Notes under the pieces: generated by a model
Database searches by the model: none
What the model was told of the DNA's origin: nothing
Seen by the model: the letters and a program-made list of their open reading frames with translations, nothing else
Shown here: positions 1 to 13,039 of the stretch, one piece after another
Layout of the letters: every line of letters begins with the position of its first letter
Position numbering within the stretch: the stretch's first letter is position 1
Source: Octopus sinensis
Lineage: Eukaryota
Assembly: GCF_006345805.1 (NCBI RefSeq)
Contig: NC_043019.1
Span: forward strand, 19,281,360-19,345,359
Length of the DNA stretch: 64,000 nt
Reading direction: 5' to 3'
Translations under genes and position numbers: made by a program

Positions 1-182
1 AAATAATTTTAAATTTTAACTTGAAATTTAAATAATTTAAATTTTGAATTTTATATTTTATATATTTTGTATATTATATTAATTTAATTTTTATTCTATG
101 TATTGGTTTATGTTTTTCACTGTTTGATTTGCCTAATAGTGGTTTTATCTCTAATTTAATATATATATATACATATATATAT

Positions 183-314
183 ATTTATTATATAGAAGGA
201 GCTTCTACAGGACTAGTACTGTTTCATTCAAGAGAAATCTTCAGGAAGCTATTTAACAAGAACTCTTGAATGAAACAGTACTAGTCCTGTAGAAGCTCCT
301 TCTATATAATAAAT
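183..314. repeat. Perfect 52-bp inverted repeat (hairpin/foldback element)
   Basis: 183-234 is the exact reverse complement of 263-314; 28-bp spacer. Confidence 0.9.
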
Positions 315-384
315 TAATTTTACTCTGCTATGTATTGAGTACCTTACTTACTGTGGTTAACCCCGGATCACCCGGGACCTACAG

Positions 385-560
385 ATACATATATATATAT
401 ATATATATACATGTAATATATACAGACATGTATATATATATATATTACATGTAATTATATACATATATATATATATATATACATGTATATATATATATAC
501 ATGTGGTGTGTATATATACATATACATATAATATATTAATATATATATATATATATATAT
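385..560. repeat. (TA)n/(TACA) microsatellite
   Basis: Direct reading. Confidence 0.9.
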
Positions 561-760
561 CATGATTCAAAATGTGACCGCGTGTGTACCGTTGGTGATT
601 TTTTTCCTTCGTCTTCCCTTCCTTGGATCTTTCCTTTTTCTATGTTTCTGACGAAGGGCTCCACTTGAAATGTTAAATCCTCCTTCTTTCCTTCCTTTCC
701 TAGACTTGTTCCACATCCTTGCGCTGTTGTGTTTTCTCTTTGTGTTTTCATGTTGGGATT
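561..760 (+). mobile_element. Probable Penelope-like element terminus with a degenerate minimal hammerhead motif
   Basis: CTGACGA (648-654), short stem, GAAATGTTAAAT (667-678); flanked by microsatellites. Confidence 0.45.
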
Positions 761-769
761 AACGACATG

Positions 770-803
<34 letters not shown>

Positions 804-869
804 TGTATGTATGTATGTATGTGTGTGTTGTGTGTGTGTATGTGTGTATGTATGTATCTGTGTGTGTGT

Positions 870-1045
870 CAAAACAACTGGTTTTGATGTTATGTGTCCC
901 TGTTAGCAGTTCAGTAAAAAAGAAGAATCCATAGAATAAGTGCGAGGCTTAAACAAGAGGGTCCTGTGGTTGATTTGTTCAACTAAAACCGTTCAAGGCA
1001 GTTCTTCAGTCAAATGACTGAAACAAGTAAAAGAATAACAGAATA
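870..1045 (+). mobile_element. 3' half of a tRNA-derived SINE (family of 16380-16796)
   Basis: Tail cagtcaaatgactgaaacaagtaaaagaataa is shared with other copies in the window. Confidence 0.65.
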
Positions 1046-3038
1046 ATGGAATACATATCATACAAATTCTCTGTAGCTTATAAACGGTGAAAGGAGTCAC
1101 TTGGCGAGTTCCCATTGTTTTCTCCCTGCCTGTTTGAAATCATTCCCTTGCACGTATTGCACAGTTATTTTGTAATGTTGCATCATCTTTAGGAGTGAAA
1201 ATTGGTCAGCATTGTTGTTGTTGTTGCTGGTGAAGTTGAGAAAGTGTGAAACACAGTCAGGTGGCAGCGTCTCTTCAAGAAATTTTCCCTCAAATTTGAA
1301 CTGATTGTAATTGAGGTTGCTAATAAAATATCCGAATAATTTTTGGTGTTTAACTATTAATATTCTTTTCTCTGTTGGATTCCAAATCAATTTTTTCCCA
1401 CACTAATTATCTACTTTGATAATTTCCAAGTTGCCAAAAAGATGCTTACAATGGGGTAAATTCTTTTTTTTTTTTTTTTGAATGCATACTTTGCCAAAAT
1501 GCACACATCTGTGTCTGCCGATGGTCAAACAACACTTTGGAATGTAACTCCTTTCTGGAAAATTCTCCCCTGATTAAATACCTAATTAACCAGTTTCAAT
1601 ATGAAAATTTTAAGTTAATTTAATTTCTCTAATTGAATTAATTGGCTATGGAAATAGCTGTTTATTTTTTTAATGTTTAATTCATGCCTATACTCACCTG
1701 ATGAAAACAGTTTCTTTCACATGATGTAATAATTTTAATTATCAATAAAAAACATGTCTGAAACAGCTGTAGTGAGTGAACTGCTATCTATCTGTTGTTA
1801 TTTGTTTGTATATATGCATATATGTATATATATAACTGTCTGAAATGGTCATGACTTCTGGTACTTGACTGATGAAAGAAAGCCAAGAATGACCTGTCTT
1901 TTTTTTACCTGTCCTTCTAATTGTTGTTTCTCTTGGCCGCCTTTGTGTCATCTATCTGTCCGAACGTTTTAATGCACCTAATTGCGCTTTTCTTCCATTT
2001 TTATATATATATATATATATATGTATATAAAATGTAGAATAAATTTAGGGAATGAAGTTGCATAAATCCCACCAAATCTGTTAAAAATGGAGGAAAAACC
2101 TGTTGTGAGAGAAATGAACTAGAACTGTTTGGAAGCCTGTTAGAGGGGTTGTGCTGGTAATTCAAAGGTGCACCCTTGTCATGTACTTGTGTCATGCTGA
2201 TTTATTCTGAAAGTAAAGTATTCCGTAGATTTGTTAACGGAGGACTTCACCATTTAAGTCCTACGTCAATGAGCAGGTTGTTCAATTGATTAAATAACTG
2301 AATAGTCATCACTGAAACTGGTGGAGATCCATTTACTTGGAAGCTGTAGGTAACCTCAAACAAAAATGTAATTGATGTCATTGACTCCAATAATTGTACT
2401 GGTTCAACAAGCTTTGAATTCTAACATTCTTTTATATTAGCAGTTTACACAATGATGTTGATATTGACGTTTGGGAATGACAGTGTCAGTAAAAAAACAA
2501 TGTGTATAACATGAATAATGAATAACACATGTAGCCACGAGAATAATTCAGTTCACACCATTCCATGTTTCTGTCTACATTATAAATGTTGTTTAATCAG
2601 CAATTTAATATGCATTTGTATATACAATACAAACGTTATAAACATTATCATTTTAATATAACACTGTTCCAAGTGTGTGTCTGTTAATGTTGATAAGTAA
2701 AACTGTGAATAATATTGGTTTCAAATTTTGGTGCAAGGCCAGCAGTTTTGTGGGAGAGGCTCAATCGACCCCACTGCTCAACTGCTACTTTTCTATTGAC
2801 CATGACAGGACGAAAGACAAATTCTACTTCAGCAGAATTTCAGCCGAAAAAGTAAAGACGGACAAAATGCTGCTAATTATTATGCCCAGTCTACTAACGA
2901 TTCTGCCATTTTGCCTCCTTAAAACTGTGAATAAAATGGATGAAGAGGACCGAATGGTAAAGTTACTGATCTGGTCAAATGTTGGTAGTTTGAAGGATAA
3001 TGTTGACCGGGTAATCTGTGGAAGAAAATGGTGTCAGA

Positions 3039-6000
3039 GATGAGTGGAATGATGATGGAGGGAGGGGGAGATTGAGTGAGTACTATGAATGATAGTGATG
3101 AGTAGAATGATGACGGGGGGGGGGTTGAGTGATGGGTACTATGAATGATAGTGATGCGTGGAATGATGATGGGTGGGGGGTGAGTGGGTACTATGAATGA
3201 TAGTGATGAGTGGAATGATGACAGGTGGGTGGTGAGTGGGTACTATGAATGATAGTGATGAGTGGAATGATGACGGGTGGGTGGTGAGTGGGTACTATGA
3301 ATGATAGTGATGAGTGGAATGATGACGGGTGGGTGGTGAGTGGGTACTATGAATGATAGTGATGAGTGGAATGATGACGGGTGGGTGGTGAGTGGGCACT
3401 ATGAATGATAGTGATGAGTGGAATGATGACGGGTGGCTGGTGAGTGGGTACTATGAATGATAGTGATGAGTGGAATGATGACGGGTGGGTGGTGAGTGGG
3501 TACTATGAATGATAGTGATGAGTGGAATGATGACGGGTGGGTGGTGAGTGGGTACTATGAATGATAGTGATGAGTGGAATGATGACGGGTGGGTGGTGAG
3601 TGGGTACTATGAATGATAGTGATGAGTGGAATGATGACGGGTGGGTGATGAGTGGAATGATGACGGGTGAGTGGGTACTATGAATGATAGTGATGAGTGG
3701 AATGATGACGGGTGATGGTGAGTGGGTACTATGAATGATAGTGATGAGTGGAATGATGACGGGTGGGGGGTGAGTGGGTACTATGAATGATAGTGATAAG
3801 TGGAATGATGACGCGTGGGGGGTGAGTGGGTACTATGAATGATAGTGATGAGTGGAATGATGACAGGTGGGTGGTGAGTGGGTACTATGAATGATAGTGA
3901 TGAGTGGAATGATGACGGGTAGGTGGTGAGTGGGTACTATGAATGATAGTGATGAGTGGAATGATGACGGGTGGGGGTGAGTGGGTACTATGAATGATAG
4001 TGATGAGTGGAATGATGATGGGTGGGGGGTGAGTGGGTACTATGAATGATAGTGATGAGTGGAATGATGACAGCTGGGTGGTGAGTGGGTACTATGAATG
4101 ATAGTGATGAGTGGAATGATGACGGGTGGGGGTGAGTGGGTACTATGAATGATAGTGATGAGTGGAATGATGACGGGTGGGTGGTGAGTGGGTACTATGA
4201 ATGATAGTGATGAGTGGAATGATGATGGGTGGGGGGGTGAGTGGGTACTATGAATGATAGCGTGATGATGGAATAATGACAGCTGGGTGGTAAGTGGGTA
4301 CTATGAATGATAGTGATGAGTGGAATGTGACGGGTGGGGGGTGAGTGGTGAGGGGGTGAGTGGGTATATGATGATAGTGATGAGTGGAATGATGACGGGT
4401 GGGTGGTGAGTGGGTACTATGAATGATAGTGATGAGTGGAATGATGATGGGGGGGGGTGAGTGGGTACTATGATGATAGTGATGAGTGGAATGATGACAG
4501 CTGGGTGGTGAGTGGGGGGGTATGAATGATAGTGATGAGTGGAATGATGACGGGTGGGGCGTGAGTGGGTACTATGAATGATAGTGATGAGTGGAATGAT
4601 GACAGCTGGGTGGTGAGTGGGTACTATGAATGATAGTGATGAGTGGAATGATGATGGGTGGGGGGTGAGTGGGTACTATGAATGATAGTGAGGAGTGGAA
4701 TGATGACAGCTGGGTGGTGAGTGGGTACTATGAATGATAGTGATGAGTGGAATGATGACGGGTGGGTGGTGAGTGGGTACTATGAATGATAGTGATGAGT
4801 GGAATGATGACAGGTGGGTGGTGAGTGGGTACTATGAATGATAGTGATGAGTGGAATGATGACGGGTGGGTGGTGAGTGGGTACTATGAATGATAGTGAT
4901 GAGTGGAATGATAATGGGTGGGTTGTGAGTGGGTACTATGAATGATAGTGATGAGTGGAATGATGACAGCTGGGTGGTGAGTGGGTACTATGAATGATAG
5001 TGATGAGTGGAATGATGATGGGTGGGGGGTGAGTGGGTACTATGAATGATAGTGATGAGTGGAATGATGAAGGTGTGGTGGGTGAGTGGGTACTATGAAT
5101 GATAGTGATGAGTGGAATGATGACGTGGGGGGGTGAGTGGGTACTATGAATGATAGTGATGAGTGGAATGATGATGGGTGGGTGGTGAGTGGGGTGGGTA
5201 CTATGAATGATAGTGATGAGTGGAATGATGACAGGTGGGTGGTGAGTGGGTACTATGAATTATAGTGATGAGTGGAATGATGACGGGTGGGTGTGAGTGG
5301 GTACTATGAATGATAGTGATGAGTGGAATGATGACGGTGTGGGTGGTGAGGGGGTACTATGAATGATAGTGATGAGTGGATGATGACGGGTGGTGGTGAG
5401 TGGGTACTATGAATGATAGTGATGAGTGGAATGATGATGGGTGGGGGGTGAGTGGGTATATGAATGATAGTGATGAGTGGAATGATGACAGCTGGGTGGT
5501 GAGTGGGTACTATGAATGATGGTGTGATGAGTGGAATGATGATGGGTGGGGGGTGAGTGGGTACTATGAATGATAGTGATGAGTGGAATGATGACAGCTG
5601 TGGGTGTGAGTGGGTACTATGAATTGATAGTGATGAGTGGAATGATGACGGGTGGGGTGGTGGGTAACTATGAATGATAGTGATGAGTGGAATGATGACA
5701 GCTGGGTGGTGAGTGGGTACTATGAATGATAGTGATGAGTGGAATGATGATGGGTGGGGGGTGAGTGGGTTGTATGAATGATAGTGAGGAGTGATGATGA
5801 TGGGTGAGGGTGACAGCTGGGGGTGGTGAGTGGGTACTATGAATGATAGTGATGAGTGGAATGATGACGGGTGGGTGGTGAGTGGTGGGTACTATGAATG
5901 ATAGTGATGAGTGGAATGATGACAGGGTGGGTGGTGAGTGTGGTACTATGAATGATAGTGATGAGTGGAATGATGACGGGTGGGTGGTGAGTGGGTACTA

Positions 6001-9000
6001 TGAATGATAGTGATGAGTGGAATGATAAGGGGTGGGGTGTGTGAGTGGGTACTATGAATGATAGTGATGAGTGGAATGATGACAGCTGGGTGGTGAGTGG
6101 GTACTATGAATGATAGTGATGAGTGGAATGATGAGGGTGGGGGGTGGGGGTGAGTGGGGTACTATGAATGATAGTGATGAGTGGAATGATGACAGCTGGG
6201 TGTGAGTGGGTACTATGAATGATAGTGATGAGTGGAATGATGACATGGGTGGGGGGGTGAGGGGTACTGTGAATGAATGATAGTGATGAGTGGAATGATG
6301 ACAGCTGGGTGGTGAGTGGGTACTATGAATGATAGTGATGAGTGGAATGATGACGGGTGGGTGGTGAGTGGGTACTATGAATGATAGTGATGAGTGGAAT
6401 GATGACGGGTGGGGGGTGAGTGGGTACTATGAATGATAGTGATGAGTGGAATGATGACGGGTGGGTGGTGAGTGGGTACTATGAATGATAGTGATGAGTG
6501 GAATGATGACAGGTGGGTGGTGAGTGGGTACTATGAATGATAGTGATGAGTGGAATGATGACGGGTAGGTGGTGAGTGGGTACTATGATGATAGTGATGA
6601 GTGGATGATGAGTGGAATGATGACGGGTAGGTGGTGAGAGTGGGTTACTATGAATGATAGTGGAGTGGAATGATGAGGACTGGGTGGTGAGTGGTGGGGT
6701 ACTATGAATGATAGTGATGAGTGGAATGATGACGGGTAGGGTGGTGAGTGGGTACTATGAATGATAGTGATGAGTGGAATGATGACGGGTGGGGGTGAGT
6801 GGGTACTATGAATGATAGTGATGAGTGGAATGATGACGGGTGGGGGGGGGTGAGTGGGTACTATGAATGATACTGATGAGTGGAATGATGATGGGTGGGG
6901 GTGGTGGGTACTATGAATGATAGTGATGAGTGGAATGATGACGAGTAGGTTGTGAGTGGGTACTATGAATGATAGTGATGAGTGGAATGAAGACAGGTGG
7001 GTGGTGAGTGGGTACTATGAATGATAGTGATGAGTGGAATGATGACGGGTGGGTGGTGAGTGGTTACTATGAATGATAGTGATGAGTGGAATGATGACGG
7101 GTGGGGGGGTGAGTGGGTACTATGAATGATAGTGATGAGTGGAATGATGACGGGTGGGGGGTGAGTGGGTACTATGAATGATAGTGATGAGTGGAATGAT
7201 GACGGGTGGGGGGTGAGTGGGTACTATGAATGATTGTGATGAGTGGAATGATGACGGGTGGGTGGTGAGTGGGTACTATGAATGATAGTGATGAGTGGAA
7301 TGATGACGGGTGGGGGTGAGGGGGTACTATGAATGATAGTGATGAGTGGAATGATGACGGGTGGGGGGTGAGTGGGTACTATGAATGATGGTGATGAGTG
7401 GAATGATGACGGGGGGGGTGGGTGAGTGGGTACTATGAATGATAGTGATGAGTGGAATGATGACGGGTGGGTGGTGAGTGGGTACTATGAATGATAGTGA
7501 TGAGTGGAATGATGACAGCTGGGTGGTGAGTGGGTACTATGAATGATAGTGATGAGTGGAATGATGATGGGTGGGGGGTGAGTGGGTACTGTGAATGATA
7601 GTGATGAGTGGAATGATGACAGCTGGGTGGTGAGTGGGTACTATGAATGATAGTGATGAGTGGAATGATGACGGGTGGGTGGTGAGTGGGTACTATGAAT
7701 GATAGTGATGAGTGGAATGATGACGGGTGGGGGGTGAGTGGGGTACTATGAATGATAGTTGAGTGGAATGATGACGGGTGGGGGTGGTGGGTGGTATGAA
7801 TGATAGTGATGAGTGGAATGATGACAGGTGGGTGGTGAGTGGTGGTACTATGAATGATAGTGATGAGTGGAATGATGACGGGTAGTGGGTGAGTGGGGTA
7901 CTATGAATGATAGTGATGAGTGGAATGATGACGGGTAGGTGGTGAGTGGTTACTATGAATGATAGTGATGAGTGGGAATGATGACGGGTGGGTGGTGAGT
8001 GGGTACTATGAATGATAGTGATGAGTGGAATGATGACGGGTAGGTGGTGAGTGGGGTATATGAATGATAGTGATGAGTGGAATGATGACGGGGGGGTGAG
8101 TGGGGGTACTATGAATGATAGTGATGAGTGGAATGATGACGGGTGGGGGGTGAGTGGGTACTATGAATGATAGTGATGAGTGGAATGATGACGGGGGGGT
8201 GGGTGAGTGGGGTACTATGGATGATAGTGATGAGTGGAATGATGACGGGGTAGGAGGTGAGTTGGTAGGTATATGAATGATAGTGATGAGTGGAATGATG
8301 ACGGGTGGGGGGTGAGTGGGGTATATGAATGATAGTGATGAGTGGAATGATGACGAGTAGGTTGTGAGGGGGTACTATGAATGATAGTGATGAGTGGAAT
8401 GAAGACAGGTGGGTGGTGAGTGGGTTACTATGAATGATAGTGATGAGTGGAATGATGACGGGTGGGTGGTGAGTGGTTACTATGAATGATAGTGATGAGT
8501 GGAATGATGACGGGTGGGGGGGGTGAGTGGGTACTATGAATGATAGTGATGAGTGTGGAATGATGACGGGGGTGGTGTGGAGTGGGTACTATGAATGATA
8601 GTGATGAGTGGAATGATGACGGGTGGGGGTGAGTGGGGTACTATGAATGATTGTGTGATGAGTGGAATGATGACGGGTGGGTGGTGAGTGGGTACTATGA
8701 ATGATAGTGATGAGTGGAATGATGACGGGTGGGTGGTGAGTGGGTACTATGAATGATAGTGATGAGTGGAATGATGACGGGTGGGGGGTGAGTGGGTACT
8801 ATGAATGATGGTGATGAGTGGAATGATGACGGGTGGGGGGCGAGTGGGTACTATGAATGATAGTGATGAGTGGAATGATGACGGGTGGGTGGTGAGTGGG
8901 TACTATGAATGATAGTGATGAGTGGAATAATGACGGGTGGGGGGTGAGTGGGTACTATGAATGATAGTGATGAGTGGAATGATGACGGGTGGGTGGTGAG

Positions 9001-11539
9001 TGGGTACTATGAATGATAGTGATGAGTGGAATGATGACGGGTGGGTGGTGAGTGGGTACTATGAATGATAGTGATGAGTGGAATGATGACGGGTGGGTGG
9101 TGTGTGGGTACTATGAATGATAGTGATGAGTGGAATGATGACGGGTGGGGTGTGAGTGGGTACTATGAATGATAGTGATGAGTGGAATGATGATGGGTGG
9201 GGGGTGAGTGGGTACTATGAATGATAGTGATGAGTGGAATGATGACGGGTGAGGTGGTGAGTGGGTACTATGAATGATAGTGATGAGTGGAATGATGACG
9301 GGTGGGGGGTGAGTGGGTACTATGAATGATAGTGATGAGTGGAATGATGACGGGTGGGGGGTGAGTGGGTACTATGAATGATAGTGATGAGTGGAATGAT
9401 GACGGGTGGGGGTGAGTGGGTACTATGAATGATAGTGATGAGTGGAATGATGACGGGGGGGGGGGTGAGTGGGTACTATGAATGATAGTGATGAGTGGAA
9501 TGATGACGGGTGGGTGGTGAGTGGGTACTATGAATGATAGTGATGAGTGGAATGATGACGGGTGGGGGGGTGAGTGGGTACTATGAATGTAGTGATGAGT
9601 GGAATGATGACGGGTGGGTGGTGAGTGGGTACTATGAATGATAGTGATGAGTGGAATGATGACGGGTGGGTGGTGAGTGGGTACTATGAATGATAGTGAT
9701 GAGTGGAATGATGACGGGTGGGTGGTGTGTGGGTACTATGAATGATAGTGATGAGTGGAATGATGACGGGTGGGGGGTGTGAGTGGGTACTATGAATGAT
9801 AGTGATGAGTGGAATGATGATGGGTGGAAGGTGAGTGGGTACTATGAATGATAGTGATGAGTGGAATGATGATGGGTGGGTGGTGAGTGGGTACTATGAA
9901 TGATAGTGATGAGTGGAATGATGACGGGTGGGGGGTGAGTGGGTACTATGTATGATAGTGATGAGTGGAATGATGACGGGTGGGGGGTGGTGGTGAGTGG
10001 GTACTATGAATGATAGTGATGAGTGGAATGATGATGGGTGGGGGGTGATTGGGTACTATGAATGATAGTGATGAGTGGAATGATGACGGGTGGGGGGTGA
10101 GTGGGTACTATGAATGATAGTGATGAGTGGAATGATGACGGGTGGGGGGGTGAGTGGGTACTATGAATGATAGTGATGAGTGGAATGATGACGGGTGGGG
10201 GGTGAGTGGGTACTATGAATGATAGTGATGAGTGGAATGATGATAGGTGGGGGGTGAGTGGGTACTATGAATGATAGTGATGAGTGGAATGATGATGGGT
10301 GGGGTGTGAATGGGTACTATGAATGATAGTGATGAGTGGAATGATGATGGGTGGGGGGTGAGTGGGTACTATGAATGATAGTGATGAGTGGAATGATGAC
10401 GGGTGTGGTGGTGAGGGGTACTATGAATGATAGTGATGAGTGGAATGATGATGGGTGGGGGGTGAGTGGGTACTATGAATGATAGTGATGAGTGGAATGA
10501 TGACGGGTGGGGGGTGAGTGGGTACTATGAATGATAGTGATGAGTGGAATGATGACGGGTGGGGGGTGAGTGGGTACTATGAATGATAGTGATGAGTGGA
10601 ATGATGACGGGTGGGGTGGGATGGGTGGTGTGTGAGTGGGTACTATGAATGATAGTGATGAGTGGAATGATGATAGGTGGGGGGTGAGTGGTTACTATGA
10701 ATGATAGTGATGAGTGGAATGATGATGGGTGGGGGGTGAATGGGTACTATGAATGATAGTGATGAGTGGAATGATGATGGGTGGGGGGTGAGTGGGTACT
10801 ATGAATGATAGTGATGAGTGGAATGATGACGGGTGGGTGGTGAGTGGGTACTATGAATGATAGTGATGAGTGGAATGATGATGGGTGGGGGGTGAGTGGG
10901 TACTATGAATGATAGTGATGAGTGGAATGATGACGGGTGGGGGGTGAGTGGGTACTATGAATGATAGTGATGAGTGGAATGATGATGGGTGGGGGGTGAG
11001 TGGGTACTATGAATGATAGTGATGAGTGGAATGATGATGGGTGGAGGGCGAGTGGGTACTATGAATGATAGTGATGAATGGAATGATGACGGGTGGGTGG
11101 TGAGTGGGGGTACTATGAATGATAGATGAGTGAATGGAATGGTGAGGGGGGAGTGGGTACTATGATGATAGTGATGAGTGGAATGATGACGGGTGGGGGG
11201 TGAGTGGGTACTATGAATGATAGTGATGAGTGGAATGATGACGGGTGGGAGGTGAGTGGGTACTATGAATGATAGTGATGAGTGGAATGATGATGGGTGG
11301 GGGGGTGAGTGGGTACTATGAATGATAGTGATGAGTGGAATGATGACGGGGGGGGGTGAGTGGGTACTATGAATGATAGTGATGAGTGGAATGATGAGGG
11401 TGGGGGTGGTGAGTGGTACTATGAATGATAGTGATGAGTGCAATGATGACGGGTGGTGGGTGAGTGGGTACTATGAATGATAGTGATGAGTGGAATGATG
11501 ATGGGTGGGTGGTGAGTAGGTACTATGAATGATAGTGAT
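3039..11539. repeat. ~8.5-kb minisatellite, ~52-bp unit GAGTGGGTACTATGAATGATAGTGATGAGTGGAATGATGACGGGTGGGTGGT, roughly 160 copies
   Basis: Direct reading; period 52 (e.g. 3182 to 3234); variation concentrated in the G-run segment. Confidence 0.97.
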
Positions 11540-13039
11540 CATATTCAGAACTGCTCGATGTCGATGTGATGACTTGTGAATGCTATTAATATTCACACCT
11601 GTGAATCACAATGTTGTTCTTATTACTGCACAGCCCCTAACCAGCCCTGAACGAAGCAGATCTATATTCAGGGACAACCCAGTCGTTACCTGTTTCCACA
11701 CTTGTCTCTACTGTTTTATGATGTTATATGTATTTTGAGGGAGATGTAACTCTTATTGCCTATAGTCTCTCTCATGGGATCCTTTGTCTGCAATGATGCG
11801 CACAAGTGATGAGAAGCTTTACAGACCATTCCAAGGCAGACAATTGAGCTTGGCACACTCCTCCGGCTCTTTGGGTCTTCTCAAGCCATTCAACCTATTC
11901 CAGTGTGGATGATGAATGTTAAATAATGATGATGATGATGACAGTGATGACGACAATGATGATGATGATACTGGTATGCACAACTGCCTGCTAAATGAAG
12001 GTAGTGACTGATAAATTAGTAATGAAAGCTGAATTGTAACGTTGGACCGTGAGAACTGTGTTGAGTTGATGAAACAAGCCGTGACATGTTAGAAATAGAT
12101 CTGACAAGAGATCAGCCTCAATCAATACCAATCATTTTTTCATGTTTTCTTTTTCCTTTTTTTTAATTATCTTTTCTTTTTGTTTGTTTATTTAGTTTCC
12201 AAATTGGTTTTGTTTTATTTCATTTTGTTCCCCTTCATTTACATTGTTTCGTTTCATATTTAGTTGTTGTTGTTGTTGTTATTTATCCTCAGACAAACCC
12301 TGAACAAGTAAACCTATTATGATTAAAGACATTGTGTAGCTAGGAGTACATAATCTAGTGTGTTCTCCCATTTTTTTAAAAATAATAGAATATGATTTAA
12401 AGAGAAACCCAACTGTTATTTCTTGCAAGTTGTTGGACCACATAGCAGCTTCTTTGGATAATTAGTTATTAATTCTGACAAATTGGCAAACTGGCAGAAT
12501 TGGTAGGGTAGGGAATAATATGCCACATAGTCTTTCTTTAGGATCTGAGTTCAAATCCCTCTGGAGTTAACTTATCCTTTCATCCTTTTTGAGCTCAATA
12601 AAATAAACATTATTGAACAATCCTATCATACCCACCACCCCAGAAATATTAAAAGCTGACATTCAGAATGTTGACATTTTTATGGTTGTTTTCCCATTTC
12701 TCATTGATAAAATTTCTTCTTTTTTTCTTTTTTATTGATTGATTAATAGATTGTATAAATAACAAGATGGGGAATCACTGGAGCAATGTTCATGAAATGC
12801 CAGAGTTTGGGGATTTTCTAAAATATAATACATCACATTATATCTAGAGGACCTGCACTAGTTGCCTCTACCCAAATATTCACAGTATCACAAACCTGCT
12901 CCACACATGTTGGTTACCCAGTTTCAAGTCCTTGGAAATAAATCTTTTGGGTTCTCATATGAAACTCCTTTTATTTTACAAAATGACAGTGAGAAATTAC
13001 TCGGAAGTTTCAGGCTGAAGACAAACCAACACAAGGTAC

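Noticed and set aside
357-934. ORFs rich in Y/I/M/C/V (also 18051-18450, 60170-60811)
   Set aside because: Translations of (TA)n, (TG)n and (TATG)n microsatellites.
1450-1581. Minus-strand exon linking 1698-1757 to the 1097-1390 ORF
   Set aside because: It has a GTAAGC donor, but the phase-0 frame hits TGA after about 14-18 codons.
1869-1881. CTGATGA..GAAA as another hammerhead
   Set aside because: Only 2 nt separate the core halves, so there is no stem II, and no stem I/III pairing.
3039-11539. CRISPR-like array, or His/Ser/Pro-rich ORFs (6052-6246, 10955-11443)
   Set aside because: The variable part is a short G-run variant, not unique spacers; the context is eukaryotic with no cas genes; the ORFs are by-products of the repeat.
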